From positions 2,236 to 66,235 of the forward strand of contig DAOOPM010000013.1 in assembly GCA_035388225.1 (NCBI GenBank): DNA of 64,000 bases, in the 5' to 3' direction. The position numbers and the translations under genes were made by a program. The stretch is from Tenuifilaceae bacterium. Lineage in GTDB: Bacteria; Bacteroidota; Bacteroidia; Bacteroidales; Tenuifilaceae. This document shows, one piece after another, positions 38,601 to 49,549 of the stretch (within the stretch, counting starts at the first letter, position 1; the number at the start of each line of letters is the position of its first letter). A model generated the notes under the pieces. That model saw only the letters and a program-made list of their open reading frames with translations. It was not told the origin of the DNA and did not search any database.

Positions 38601-39362
38601 ATGGAAAAACTCAAATATTCTTTACAACTTTTAGGTTCTGCATTTGTGTGGATTGTAATGGGAGTATTGGCCTTTATTCTTTTTTTTGGCGATTTTACCG
38701 TGTGGTTGCTAACCTTCTGGTGGGATAAAAGGCTCTTCTGGTTGCATCGTTACTCCATTTTTTGGGCGATGTTCCATGTTCACCTAAATCCTTTCTGGAG
38801 GATAAAGTTTGAGAGCAAAGAGAATATTGTTAAAGATAAAGTCTATGTTATTGTATCTAATCATCAAAGTGCTTTCGACATAGCCTTGCTTTATAGAATT
38901 AATATACACTTCAAGTGGGTTGCTAAGCGGGAGTTGGTAAGAGTTCCTGTTATCGGGTGGAATCTGCTATTGAACAAATATATCCTTATTGATAGAAAGA
39001 ATGCTTTTAGCAGTAAAAAACTGCTCCACGAGGGTGGTAAGAATCTGAAAATGGGAAGTTCTGTGTTGATTTTTCCCGAAGGGACAAGAACCCCTGATGG
39101 AAGAGTAAAACGGTTTAAGGAGGGTGCATTCTTGTTGGCCAAGCAAGCACAAGTGTCTATTCTACCATTGGTAATTGAGGGCTCTAAGGATGTTTTACCC
39201 AAGCCTGGAGTTATAAGTTTGATTCAAACTTTCACCATCAGAGTGTTGCCAGAAATTCCTTACGAATCATTTAAGGATACAGATGTGGCCGAGTTGACCA
39301 AAGATGTTAACAAGTTAATTCGGGACACCCATTCGCAAATGGAACCTAAATGGTACAAGTAG
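38601..39362 (+). CDS. 1-acyl-sn-glycerol-3-phosphate acyltransferase (PlsC family)
   Basis: NHQSAFD (HX4D) and FPEGTR motifs. Confidence 0.93.
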   Translation: MEKLKYSLQLLGSAFVWIVMGVLAFILFFGDFTVWLLTFWWDKRLFWLHRYSIFWAMFHVHLNPFWRIKFESKENIVKDKVYVIVSNHQSAFDIALLYRINIHFKWVAKRELVRVPVIGWNLLLNKYILIDRKNAFSSKKLLHEGGKNLKMGSSVLIFPEGTRTPDGRVKRFKEGAFLLAKQAQVSILPLVIEGSKDVLPKPGVISLIQTFTIRVLPEIPYESFKDTDVAELTKDVNKLIRDTHSQMEPKWYK

Positions 39363-39505
39363 AGTTAGCCTAAGTCATTATGTGACAGGAGTTGTGCTGT
39401 TTAGTAATACTTTTTAAGAAAAAAAGTGATTAATTCTTTGCCGATTAATTATTCTTTTATACTTTTGCAAGCCAAAATAAGTTAAACATTTCATACTAAG
39501 ATACG

Positions 39506-39817
39506 ATGTACGCTATTGTTGATATTGCAGGACAGCAGATGAAGGTTGAAAAAGATCAAAAACTTTTTGTAAACCTTTTAGAAGGCGAGGTTGGAGCTGA
39601 AGTTAAGTTCGAGAAAGTTCTACTCGTTGATAACGGTGGTAAAGTAACCATTGGAAAACCAGAAGTTAAGAATGCTTCGGTAACTGCTAAAATTTTGAAC
39701 AACGTTAAAGGTGATAAAGTAATCATCTTTAAGAAGAAAAGACGTAAAGGGTATAAGGTTAAGAACGGTCACCGTCAACAGTATACTCAAATTCAGATTT
39801 CTGAAATTGTTGCGTAA
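39506..39817 (+). CDS. rplU: 50S ribosomal protein L21
   Basis: MYAIV..GQQ.KV and [14 protein letters not shown]. Confidence 0.99.
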   Translation: MYAIVDIAGQQMKVEKDQKLFVNLLEGEVGAEVKFEKVLLVDNGGKVTIGKPEVKNASVTAKILNNVKGDKVIIFKKKRRKGYKVKNGHRQQYTQIQISEIVA

Positions 39818-39838
39818 TAACAAAAATATTATCAAGTC

Positions 39839-40099
39839 ATGGCACACAAAAAAGGAGTTGGTAGCTCACGAAACGGTAGAGAGTCACATAGCAAACGTTT
39901 AGGCGTTAAGCTTTATGGTGGTCAAACGGCAAAGGCTGGAAATATTCTAGTTCGCCAAAGAGGTACTGTACACAATCCTGGTCAGAATGTAGGAATTGGT
40001 AAAGATCATACATTGTTCGCTTTAATCGACGGTGTTGTATCGTTCCGCAAAAAGGCCGATAACAAGTCGTACGTATCTGTATTACCTGCAGAAGCATAG
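39839..40099 (+). CDS. rpmA: 50S ribosomal protein L27
   Basis: [24 protein letters not shown]. Confidence 0.99.
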   Translation: MAHKKGVGSSRNGRESHSKRLGVKLYGGQTAKAGNILVRQRGTVHNPGQNVGIGKDHTLFALIDGVVSFRKKADNKSYVSVLPAEA

Positions 40100-40120
40100 A
40101 GAAATCTATCTAAAATACAG

Positions 40121-40157
40121 AATCTCCTGTGCAAGTATTGTACAGGAGATTTTTTTT
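40121..40157 (+). terminator. Terminator after rpmA
   Basis: AATCTCCTGTGCAA-GTA-TTGTACAGGAGATT followed by a T run. Confidence 0.8.
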
Positions 40158-40262
40158 AATAGTTTTTCTATCAACTTTTATATAATTAACTGATTAACCT
40201 TTCGCTAATAAGTGTAATTTAGCTGGCGTTTTTAGTTTAATATCGATTTAATATTTCCATAT

Positions 40263-41537
40263 ATGCTTACATTAAAAGTAATTCGCGACAACAAGGAAGA
40301 GGTTATCAAACGTTTAGCCATTAAACATTTCGATGCAAAGGCTATTGTTGATAGCATAATTGCTTTGGACGATAAACGTAAAGCAATTCAGTTACAACTG
40401 GATAATAACTTGGCTGAGCAGAACTCGCTTGCAAAACAGATTGGTAAATTGTTTGCCGATGGCAAAACTGCCGAGGCCAACGAGGCTAAATCGAAAACTG
40501 CCGAGTTAAAAGAAACATCAAAATCATTGTCGCAGGAGTTGTCCGATGTTGAGCCCGAGTTGAAAAAACTTTTAATGCAAGTTCCAAACCTACCGCATAC
40601 TTCTGTGCCAGCAGGGCATGGTGCCGAGGATAATGTAATTGTTCGTTCAGGAGGTTTGGTGCCAGAGTTGCCAAAGGATTCTGTTCCTCACTGGGACTTG
40701 GCTAAAAAGTACGATATTATTGATTTTGAGTTGGGTGTTAAGATTACTGGTGCAGGTTTTCCTGTTTATAAAGGTAAAGGCGCTAAATTCCAGCGTGCTC
40801 TTATCAATTTTTTCCTAGATGAGAATACTGCAGCAGGTTATCGCGAGGTTCAACCACCCCATATGGTTAACGAGGATTCTGCTTACGGAACAGGTCAGCT
40901 ACCTGATAAGGATGGACAGATGTACTACATGCAGGTTGATAATTTCTATATGATTCCAACTGCGGAGGTTCCTGTTACCAATATTTTCCGCGATGTAATT
41001 CTAAACGCATCGCAATTACCTATTAAGATGACCGCTTATACACCTTGCTTCCGTCGTGAGGCAGGTTCGTACGGTAAGGATGTGCGTGGGTTGAACCGTT
41101 TGCACCAGTTCGATAAGGTTGAGATTGTTCAGGTTCAGCATCCTGACCGCTCCTATGATTCGTTGGAGGAGATGGTTGCGCACGTTGAGGGAATTCTTAA
41201 GAAACTTGAGTTGCCATACCGCATTGTTAAACTTTGTGGTGGTGATATGAGTTTCACCTCGGCATTGACTTACGATTTTGAAGTTTTCTCTACTGCTCAG
41301 CAACGTTGGTTGGAGGTTAGTTCCGTTTCGAATTTTGAGTCGTACCAGGCAAACCGCATGATGCTACGTTACAAGGAGGATGGTGATAAGAAGGCCCAAA
41401 TTGCTCATACTTTAAATGGAAGTTCGCTAGCATTGCCCCGAATAGTTGCAGCGTTACTGGAGAATAACCAAACCCCAAATGGTATTAGAGTGCCTAAGGT
41501 GCTTCAATCGTTCTGCGGGTTTGAGATGATTGATTAA
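40263..41537 (+). CDS. serS: Serine--tRNA ligase
   Basis: N-terminal coiled coil, IPTAEVP, FRREAGSYGKDVRGLNRLHQFDKVE and TLNGSSLA. Confidence 0.99.
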   Translation: MLTLKVIRDNKEEVIKRLAIKHFDAKAIVDSIIALDDKRKAIQLQLDNNLAEQNSLAKQIGKLFADGKTAEANEAKSKTAELKETSKSLSQELSDVEPELKKLLMQVPNLPHTSVPAGHGAEDNVIVRSGGLVPELPKDSVPHWDLAKKYDIIDFELGVKITGAGFPVYKGKGAKFQRALINFFLDENTAAGYREVQPPHMVNEDSAYGTGQLPDKDGQMYYMQVDNFYMIPTAEVPVTNIFRDVILNASQLPIKMTAYTPCFRREAGSYGKDVRGLNRLHQFDKVEIVQVQHPDRSYDSLEEMVAHVEGILKKLELPYRIVKLCGGDMSFTSALTYDFEVFSTAQQRWLEVSSVSNFESYQANRMMLRYKEDGDKKAQIAHTLNGSSLALPRIVAALLENNQTPNGIRVPKVLQSFCGFEMID

Positions 41538-41558
41538 GTTTTGTTCCATTAATATAAG

Positions 41559-41583
41559 CCCTGTCAGAGTAATTCTGACAGGG
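41559..41583. terminator. Bidirectional terminator serS / VWA gene
   Basis: CCCTGTCAGA-GTAAT-TCTGACAGGG. Confidence 0.8.
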
Positions 41584-41607
41584 TTTGTTATTAATGAATA
41601 TCTAATC

Positions 41608-43452
41608 TTACTTATAAAGCATTTCGCCCATTTCAACCATTTTTATAAAATCGGCTTTGTAGCCGTACTCATCTAAACCTGCGGAGGTTTTTGCTCGCTT
41701 TAAAACATCAGCAAATGTTGCATTGCCTTTGAATTCCGATTCGCGAAGTAGCATTCCAAATTCAGCCACTGCCGATGCAAACATTAGGTTATTGGTGCTT
41801 TTATTTTTTCCTGCTTCAACTTTTTCAACAATTAAGTTGCTGGTATCCTCGTTTGGTTTTTTATAACGAACCTTTACGGTCATAAGGTTTTTACTGTTTA
41901 CCTTGGTTTGTTGTTGGTATTCAAGAGGGTCAATATTTGAAACTTCTTCGTCGGAATCGGCTGGAATAACTTCGTAAAGTGCAGTAACTGTGTGTCCGCA
42001 ACCAATGTCGCCCGCATCCTTTTTATCGTTGTTGAAATCCTCCTTGTTCAAAATTCTGTTTTCGTAGCCAATCAATCTGTATGCTTTAACCTTTGTGGGG
42101 TTGAATTCAATCTGGATTTTTACATCCTTAGCAATGGTGTATAGAGTTCCCCAAAGCTCTGTTCCAAATACTTTCTTTGCCTCAAGGATATTGTCAATAT
42201 AAGCGTAATTACCATTTCCTGCGTTCGATATTTGCTCCATCTTAGAATCTTTATAGTTGCCCATTCCAAATCCTAGTATTGATAGAAAGATACCATCGTT
42301 TCGTTTCTCCTCAATTAATCGTACCATTTCGGCATCGCTACTGGCTCCTACGTTGAAATCGCCATCCGATGCAAGAATCACCCTGTTATTCCCATTCTTA
42401 ATGAAATTCTGCTTTGCAATTTTGTATGCTAGGTTTATTCCTTCGCCACCTGCAGTTGAGCCACCAGCCTGTAGCATATCCAAAGCGGCAATAATTTTTT
42501 CTTTCTGATTTCCTGAAGTTGATTCCAACACAACACCTGCAGCACCTGCATAAACCACAATTGCAACTCTGTCCTGTGAGCGCAAGTTCTCAACCAAATA
42601 CTTGAATGCTTGCTTAAGCAATGGTAGTTTGTTGGCAGAGTTCATTGAGCCAGAAACATCAATTAAAAAGGTAAGGTTGTTTGCAGGAATCTCGTTTTCG
42701 TTGATATTTTCACCCTTTAAACCTACTAAAAACAGTTGATGCTTTGTGTTCCAAGGGCATTTGTCGGCCTCAATGGTAATAGAAAATGGGTGACCATTTT
42801 TGGGTTGAGGATAATCGTAATCGAAGTAGTTTATGAGTTCTTCAATTCTTACGGCATCCTTAACAGGTTTTTGGTTCTGGGTAAGGAATCGGCGGACATT
42901 GGAGTAGGATGCTCTATCTACATCAACAGAAAAGGTTGAAAGCGGGTTGTTTACTACATCCTTAAAAATATTCTCGTTGATAACATCGTACGATTCGGTG
43001 TTGAAATTTTCTGTCGCATCGTAATCGTAAGCAACTCCGCCTGCAAATGAGACTGGGGCAGCGCATTCTGCAACAACCATCATCTTTGATAGTTTTGCGC
43101 TTCGCTCTTCTTCCTTAATCTCGACAAGTTGAATAGGATTTAGCGCAAAGTTTACCCGTGTGGTTGAATTTGCTTTTACATCGATATTCTTTTTTACGCT
43201 AACCTCGTACCCGCTGACTAATGCTTTGATGTCATACTTTCCAACCGCAATCGATAGGGCATAAGCACCATTGGCGCTAGTTGCTTTTTCGGCAACTACT
43301 TTCCCATTTTGGAATACTTGAATTTTTGCACCAGCAATTGTTTTTGAAGTGGAATTATCGGTAATCAGTCCCGATATCATTCCAGTTTGTGCGCTAATAG
43401 TCATAAGCGAACTGATTAGTAGCACTCCGATTGTTGAAATTAAAGTTTTCAT
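41608..43452 (-). CDS. YfbK-like VWA-domain protein (carboxypeptidase-regulatory-like N-domain, vWF_A, VWA, DUF3520)
   Basis: PLSTFSVDVDRASYS, MIDAS DVSGSM, SDGDFNVG, YRLIGYENR and DAGDIG. Confidence 0.92.
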   Translation of the reverse strand: MKTLISTIGVLLISSLMTISAQTGMISGLITDNSTSKTIAGAKIQVFQNGKVVAEKATSANGAYALSIAVGKYDIKALVSGYEVSVKKNIDVKANSTTRVNFALNPIQLVEIKEEERSAKLSKMMVVAECAAPVSFAGGVAYDYDATENFNTESYDVINENIFKDVVNNPLSTFSVDVDRASYSNVRRFLTQNQKPVKDAVRIEELINYFDYDYPQPKNGHPFSITIEADKCPWNTKHQLFLVGLKGENINENEIPANNLTFLIDVSGSMNSANKLPLLKQAFKYLVENLRSQDRVAIVVYAGAAGVVLESTSGNQKEKIIAALDMLQAGGSTAGGEGINLAYKIAKQNFIKNGNNRVILASDGDFNVGASSDAEMVRLIEEKRNDGIFLSILGFGMGNYKDSKMEQISNAGNGNYAYIDNILEAKKVFGTELWGTLYTIAKDVKIQIEFNPTKVKAYRLIGYENRILNKEDFNNDKKDAGDIGCGHTVTALYEVIPADSDEEVSNIDPLEYQQQTKVNSKNLMTVKVRYKKPNEDTSNLIVEKVEAGKNKSTNNLMFASAVAEFGMLLRESEFKGNATFADVLKRAKTSAGLDEYGYKADFIKMVEMGEMLYK

Positions 43453-43578
43453 TGTATTCTGAATTAAGTTAAACTTGTGATTGTTTATCTAGTGGATACA
43501 ATGGGGAATGATTTTCCATAAAGTGGACTAATATTTTTTGTATTTTTATTTCGATTAATTAGTATTTAGAGTTTAACA

Positions 43579-44169
43579 GTGAATAAAGACAAGGAGGACA
43601 TATCTGCTTTTAGTGATTTGCAACTCATTGACCTCTACAAAAAAGTCGGCGATAAGCAAATTGTTGGTGAAGTATATAAACGGTACACCCGCTTTGTGTT
43701 TTCAATCTGTATGAAATACCTTAAAGATGAGGATGACAGCAAGGATGCTGTGATGCAGATTTTTGAGAAGTTGTTTGTTGATTTGCTCAAGCACGAGGTG
43801 TCAAACTTTAAATCGTGGTTGCATTCGGTTACTCGAAATCATTGCTTACATATAATAAGGGATTCAAAGTATCAGAATCAGAAAATGAAAGATTTTTCAA
43901 ATTTCGAGGAGGAAGTTATGGAAAATCAGCTCTTTTTGTATCAAGATAGTGTGAATGTTCTGGAAGAGCGAGTTGCTGAGTTGGAACGTGAGTTGGGCAA
44001 TCTTTCGAAGGAGCAGAGGGTGTGCGTCGAACTTTTCTATCTGAAAGATAAATGCTACCAAGAGGTAGCGGAAATTACAGGCTATTCGCTGAATCAGGTG
44101 AAAAGTTACATACAGAATGGTAAGCGCAATTTGATAATCAGTTTGGTTGGCAATGCAGGAAAACAATAA
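43579..44169 (+). CDS. ECF RNA polymerase sigma factor
   Basis: Region 2 (DAVMQIF...NFKSWL..VTRNHCL) and region 4 (CYQEVAEITGYSLNQVKSYIQNGKRNL); GTG start. Confidence 0.94.
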   Translation: MNKDKEDISAFSDLQLIDLYKKVGDKQIVGEVYKRYTRFVFSICMKYLKDEDDSKDAVMQIFEKLFVDLLKHEVSNFKSWLHSVTRNHCLHIIRDSKYQNQKMKDFSNFEEEVMENQLFLYQDSVNVLEERVAELERELGNLSKEQRVCVELFYLKDKCYQEVAEITGYSLNQVKSYIQNGKRNLIISLVGNAGKQ

Positions 44170-45280
44170 CATATTCGATGAAAGTTCAGGATGTATCCGT
44201 CAGGATGCTCTTCTGGAATACCTGCAAGGCAAACTCTCGGGTAAGGAGAGAAACCTTGTGGAGAAACATTTGCTGGAGTGTGAGATGTGTAGCGATGAAC
44301 TTGAGGGTTTGACGAATCTTTTGGAACCAGAGAGAATAGTTGAAATTGAAACAGAATTGAATTCTATGGTCGACCAGCGGACTATGCCACGAATTTCTTG
44401 GCTTAATCCAAAGGTGGTTTACAGAGTAGCCGCTGTTGCAGTACTAACCATTGGTGTATCGACTCTGCTTTACCTCTTTGTTCTGAAAACAACTCCTCCA
44501 ACAATGATGTCGGAAAGTCAGATGCCAAGCACAACGGCTGAAGTGACTGATAGTACAGCACCTCTTGAGGTGATTGCCATACCTAAGGATGCCACTGAAC
44601 GGTTGGAATCACAAAAAAAGGAGAGTAAACTAGTTGAAAGGCCTGCAGCACCAACAATTATTGCCAATAATGTGCAGATTGCGGAGGAGGTTCTTATTGC
44701 CGATTCTGAAGCAGAAGTGACTGATATGGACGAAATGGAAGAGGTTGTTCTTGCCGAAAAAGTTGTTAAAGCAGATAGTGCAGCTATTGCTTCTAGTAAT
44801 GCCGCTGTGGCGGGTCAACAAGCCGATGCTTTAAGGGCCGCAAGTGCCGAAGCGAAAAGAGAAGAACTAGCCATTGCTGGTGAAAGCGCAAGATTATCGA
44901 AAAAAGCGATGATTTCAACAGTTGGTTTTGCGGAATCAAAAGTAACTATTGAGAGCGCGTTGAAGAGTTTTAATCAAAAGAACTATAAGAAGGCTCTTGT
45001 TGAATTTAATGCTATTTATAGTCAAAATGCAAGCAATGATACCGTTATATACTACAGGGCAATGAGTTTTTATAGGTTGAATTCATTTGCTGAAGCAATT
45101 GAGGATTTTCAGAAAATGAATGGCAAAGAGGAAAGCGAATTCTTTTACGATTCTCAGTGGTACTATGTGTTATCGCTAGCAGAGGTTGGACGAAACGATG
45201 AAGCAAAGAGTTTGCTAGAGGCAATTGTAAAAAGTGATTCACCTTACAAGGATTTGGCTAACCAGAAACTAAAACAATAG
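44153..45280 (+). CDS. Zinc-binding anti-sigma factor with single TM and C-terminal TPR
   Basis: HxxxCxxC (KHLLECEMC), one TM, acidic/Ala-rich linker and TPR-like tail; overlaps the ECF stop. Confidence 0.85.
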   Translation: MQENNNIFDESSGCIRQDALLEYLQGKLSGKERNLVEKHLLECEMCSDELEGLTNLLEPERIVEIETELNSMVDQRTMPRISWLNPKVVYRVAAVAVLTIGVSTLLYLFVLKTTPPTMMSESQMPSTTAEVTDSTAPLEVIAIPKDATERLESQKKESKLVERPAAPTIIANNVQIAEEVLIADSEAEVTDMDEMEEVVLAEKVVKADSAAIASSNAAVAGQQADALRAASAEAKREELAIAGESARLSKKAMISTVGFAESKVTIESALKSFNQKNYKKALVEFNAIYSQNASNDTVIYYRAMSFYRLNSFAEAIEDFQKMNGKEESEFFYDSQWYYVLSLAEVGRNDEAKSLLEAIVKSDSPYKDLANQKLKQ

Positions 45281-45292
45281 TTTATGACAAAA

Positions 45293-45330
45293 AAACAAAT
45301 AAAGCCTCCAATTGGAGGCTTTATTTGTTT
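45293..45330. terminator. Perfect 38-bp palindrome / bidirectional terminator
   Basis: AAACAAATAAAGCCTCCAA|TTGGAGGCTTTATTTGTTT between convergent genes. Confidence 0.85.
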
Positions 45331-45346
45331 AGGTTGGAATGGGATG

Positions 45347-46258
45347 TTAACTGGTAGGGCCTGTATCTGTTTTGGCCTCTATTGTAGTCTGAGTTGTTGA
45401 TGATACATTGGAAAGGAAGTTGTATCCTGTTTTGCTTTCAATATAATCAACTGTTGTGCGGTAGTAACCCCATGCTTGGTTACTTACTGTTTGGGTGTTT
45501 GGCATCCAAACTGCAATAATGCGTGTAGATGAGGTTATTCTAGTTACATCGCTTGAGCCAACTGGTAGCACAACGATAATTTTCCAAACATACGAAGGAA
45601 CAACAATGTTTTTTGATGAAATTGTCTGTTTTGTGCCACTCGAACCTGTTCCACCTTGTCCGTAAGGTCCCGATATAATGTAAAGTTCATTTCCTGCATT
45701 AATCAAAGTTCTGCAATAGTTTTCAAGGTTAGCCCAGGTTATTTGGTTGTTTTTGGGGGCCTGAGGAATCATATTAGTCATTAGAAAAGTTGCAGAGTTG
45801 TCGGTGGTTGATCCTGTGCGATCGGCACTTGGACACATATGTCCACGGTCGAATCCTGAGCCACTATAGTCGGTTCCACCTACTTTTACCCAACTCGATG
45901 GGAGTGTTGCATCTGCTCTAAAATCATCCTGACGAGCAGCAGAGCCTATCCATGCAGTGCTAAGATGCCACGATACCCAGTTACAAGTTTTTTTGCTATT
46001 GTTGTACGACATTGTGTACTGGGTTTTGGTCATTAGGTAATTGTTGGCATTTGATGTGCTTGTGGTTGCGCCCGATGGATTACCCAATGCCATATTGTTA
46101 TCGCGAGTAGCAGTGGCTTTTTGTCCATTGTCCTCAGTTGGAGTTTCAGTAACCTTTTCTGGAATAATTATTTCTTCCTTTTCGCAGGAAACCAAAATGG
46201 CCATAGCAGAAATGGATGCTATGAGCAATAATCTAGTAGTTAATCTTTTGATTTTCAT
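45347..46258 (-). CDS. DNA/RNA non-specific endonuclease (NucA-like) lipoprotein
   Basis: Lipobox LVSC; RQDDFRAD, FDRGHMCPSAD, TFLMTNMIPQ and WANLE. Confidence 0.94.
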   Translation of the reverse strand: MKIKRLTTRLLLIASISAMAILVSCEKEEIIIPEKVTETPTEDNGQKATATRDNNMALGNPSGATTSTSNANNYLMTKTQYTMSYNNSKKTCNWVSWHLSTAWIGSAARQDDFRADATLPSSWVKVGGTDYSGSGFDRGHMCPSADRTGSTTDNSATFLMTNMIPQAPKNNQITWANLENYCRTLINAGNELYIISGPYGQGGTGSSGTKQTISSKNIVVPSYVWKIIVVLPVGSSDVTRITSSTRIIAVWMPNTQTVSNQAWGYYRTTVDYIESKTGYNFLSNVSSTTQTTIEAKTDTGPTS

Positions 46259-46637
46259 AAATAATAGGTTTTAGGTTGGTGCGATAAATGTAATGAGATG
46301 ATTCAATAAAGGTTATAGTAATTGTGTTTTATTATTCTTAAGTTTTTGTGAAGTTTAAGAATAAACCAATAGTTATTTCGTTTAAAAATTTCTTTTTACT
46401 GCCTATTGTTATGTTTTGGTTGATATTGTCTTAGTAGTGTAAGGGTTTTGTTATTCTGGATTCTTAACGTATATTAACAGTAATTTTTATTCTTGTTGAT
46501 AAGTTGATGTGATAGAGTTTGCACTCTTTTTAACTTTTCCAATTAACATCTATTTTTTTTGCAAAAATTAATGTAGGTTTGTATTTGTGTTCAATTTGAA
46601 CCAAAAACTCTTTTCATTGATGCTAAAACTTTGAATT

Positions 46638-47555
46638 ATGCAAAGGATAATTCTTACTCTGATAGTTCTACTCTCGACTTTAACTGTTTGTGCTCAAAAT
46701 GCAACCGATAGGAAGAAGCAATCGGGACCTTTCCCCAAGGATTGGGTTTTAGTTGAGAAGGGAGGGCTTTATGGATTTATCTCAAGCGAAGGCAAGGAGA
46801 TTATAAAACCACAGTACACAAGGGTATCTGCTTTCGATGAGGTTCAGCGAGGCTGGGCTCAGGTTGAAAAGGATGGTTTTATTGGATTTATATCGATTGA
46901 TGGGAAAGAGATAATTAAACCTCAGTATACAAAGGTTCACCCTTTTGGAGAGTTGCAGAAAGGTTGGGCATTAGTTGAAGTGAATGGTTTGTATGGTTTT
47001 ATTTCCAACGAGGGGCGCGAAATGATTAGCCCTATTTATAGTAAAATTCATCCATTTGGAGAGCATTACAAAAACCTTGCTTTGGTTGAAAAGGATGGAC
47101 TTTTTGGCTTTATCTCTATCGATGGAAATGAGGTGGCTAAACCCCAATACCAAAAAATTAGTGCTTTTGGTGAGTATCAAAAGGATTGGGCTTTAGTCGA
47201 GAAGGAGAGTCTTTTGGGTTTTATAAATGGTGAAGGTAAGGAAATAATCAAACCACAATACAATAAGGTGTCTCCATTTGGTGAGTATACAAAGGGCTGG
47301 GCATTGGTTCAAAAGGATAGGTTTTTGGGATTTATATCATTTGAGGGCAAGGAAGTTATTAAACCACAGTATGATCAAATAAAACCTTTTGGTCAGTTCC
47401 AGAAGGATTGGGCAATGGTTCAAAAGGATGGCCTTTGGGGATTTATTTCGCTGGAAGGCAAAGAGGTTGTAAAACCTAAGTACGAGAAAATAAACTTTGG
47501 TGATTCGCTTAGCAATAAGTTTGGAAAGCAGCCTGTAGCTGTTGATGGGAATTAA
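46638..47555 (+). CDS. WG-repeat (WG_beta_rep) protein, 7 x 37-aa repeats
   Basis: Signal peptide followed by 7 units of W(A)xVEKDGxxGFISxEGKEIIKPQYxxIxPFGExx. Confidence 0.9.
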   Translation: MQRIILTLIVLLSTLTVCAQNATDRKKQSGPFPKDWVLVEKGGLYGFISSEGKEIIKPQYTRVSAFDEVQRGWAQVEKDGFIGFISIDGKEIIKPQYTKVHPFGELQKGWALVEVNGLYGFISNEGREMISPIYSKIHPFGEHYKNLALVEKDGLFGFISIDGNEVAKPQYQKISAFGEYQKDWALVEKESLLGFINGEGKEIIKPQYNKVSPFGEYTKGWALVQKDRFLGFISFEGKEVIKPQYDQIKPFGQFQKDWAMVQKDGLWGFISLEGKEVVKPKYEKINFGDSLSNKFGKQPVAVDGN

Positions 47556-47770
47556 TCTACAACTAAACTTAACAATAAAGATATTTTTGTCCTCGATTTA
47601 ATCGAGGATTTTTTTATAACTAATCCTTAGAAAATTAGGCAGATTGTATTGATTTTTCACCAATAACTTAATAACCATTAACTAATAACTAATCCATAAA
47701 GCTATTGTTTAAATAAAAAGTATCGTTATATTTGCACCATTCAAAATACTATTCTTTTAGCGAAAGGATA

Positions 47771-47872
47771 GATTTATAGAGAAGAGCGGAGAGAACAGGC
47801 TCAATGAACCTCTAGCAACCTGCTACTAAAAGCAAGGTGCTAAAACCTGACCCGAAAGGGTAATTATAACTC
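47771..47872 (+). ncRNA. SAM-I (S-box) riboswitch
   Basis: P1 TTATA/TATAA, GGAGAG..GGCTC.ATGAACC, GCAACC, P3 TGCT/AGCA, GGTGC and P4 ACCC-GAAA-GGGT. It lies downstream of a TATATTTG promoter and upstream of the met genes. Confidence 0.88.
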
Positions 47873-47885
47873 TAAACTAAACGTT

Positions 47886-48008
47886 ATGCTGAGTTTAAAC
47901 ATTTCAGGTTCAATTGTTACAACAGGTTATTACACCTGCTTGTCGTTACTTATTTACAACCAGTTCAGAGGTACTTCTCGAATGCGCCGCTTCGGTCGAA
48001 TGCGGTAG
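47886..48008 (+). CDS. Putative 40-aa leader peptide (MLSLNISGSIVTTGYYTCLSLLIYNQFRGTSRMRRFGRMR)
   Basis: Open frame ATG..TAG between the riboswitch and metY; below the ORF-track length cut-off. Confidence 0.4.
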   Translation: MLSLNISGSIVTTGYYTCLSLLIYNQFRGTSRMRRFGRMR

Positions 48009-48107
48009 ATAATCAGTTACAATCCTTACGGATTTAACCTATCGCGTTGCGGGCAACGCGAGGGTGCTTGATGCGTAGCATCAAAATGAATTTTCACAAT
48101 ACAATAA

Positions 48108-49469
<1,362 letters not shown>

Positions 49470-49474
49470 AATCT

Positions 49475-49526
49475 AAAGTGCCTAGAATCTTACTTTAAGT
49501 ATTCGAAGTACTCTAGGCACTTTTTT
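49475..49526 (+). terminator. Internal terminator-like hairpin between metY and metX
   Basis: AAAGTGCCTAGA ... TCTAGGCACTTT followed by TTT. Confidence 0.55.
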
Positions 49527-49549
49527 CAAATACTAAAATATTAAACAAT

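Noticed and set aside
46730-47500. DNA repeat array / CRISPR in the WG gene
   Set aside because: The 111-bp periodicity is fully explained by in-frame 37-aa protein repeats with synonymous divergence.
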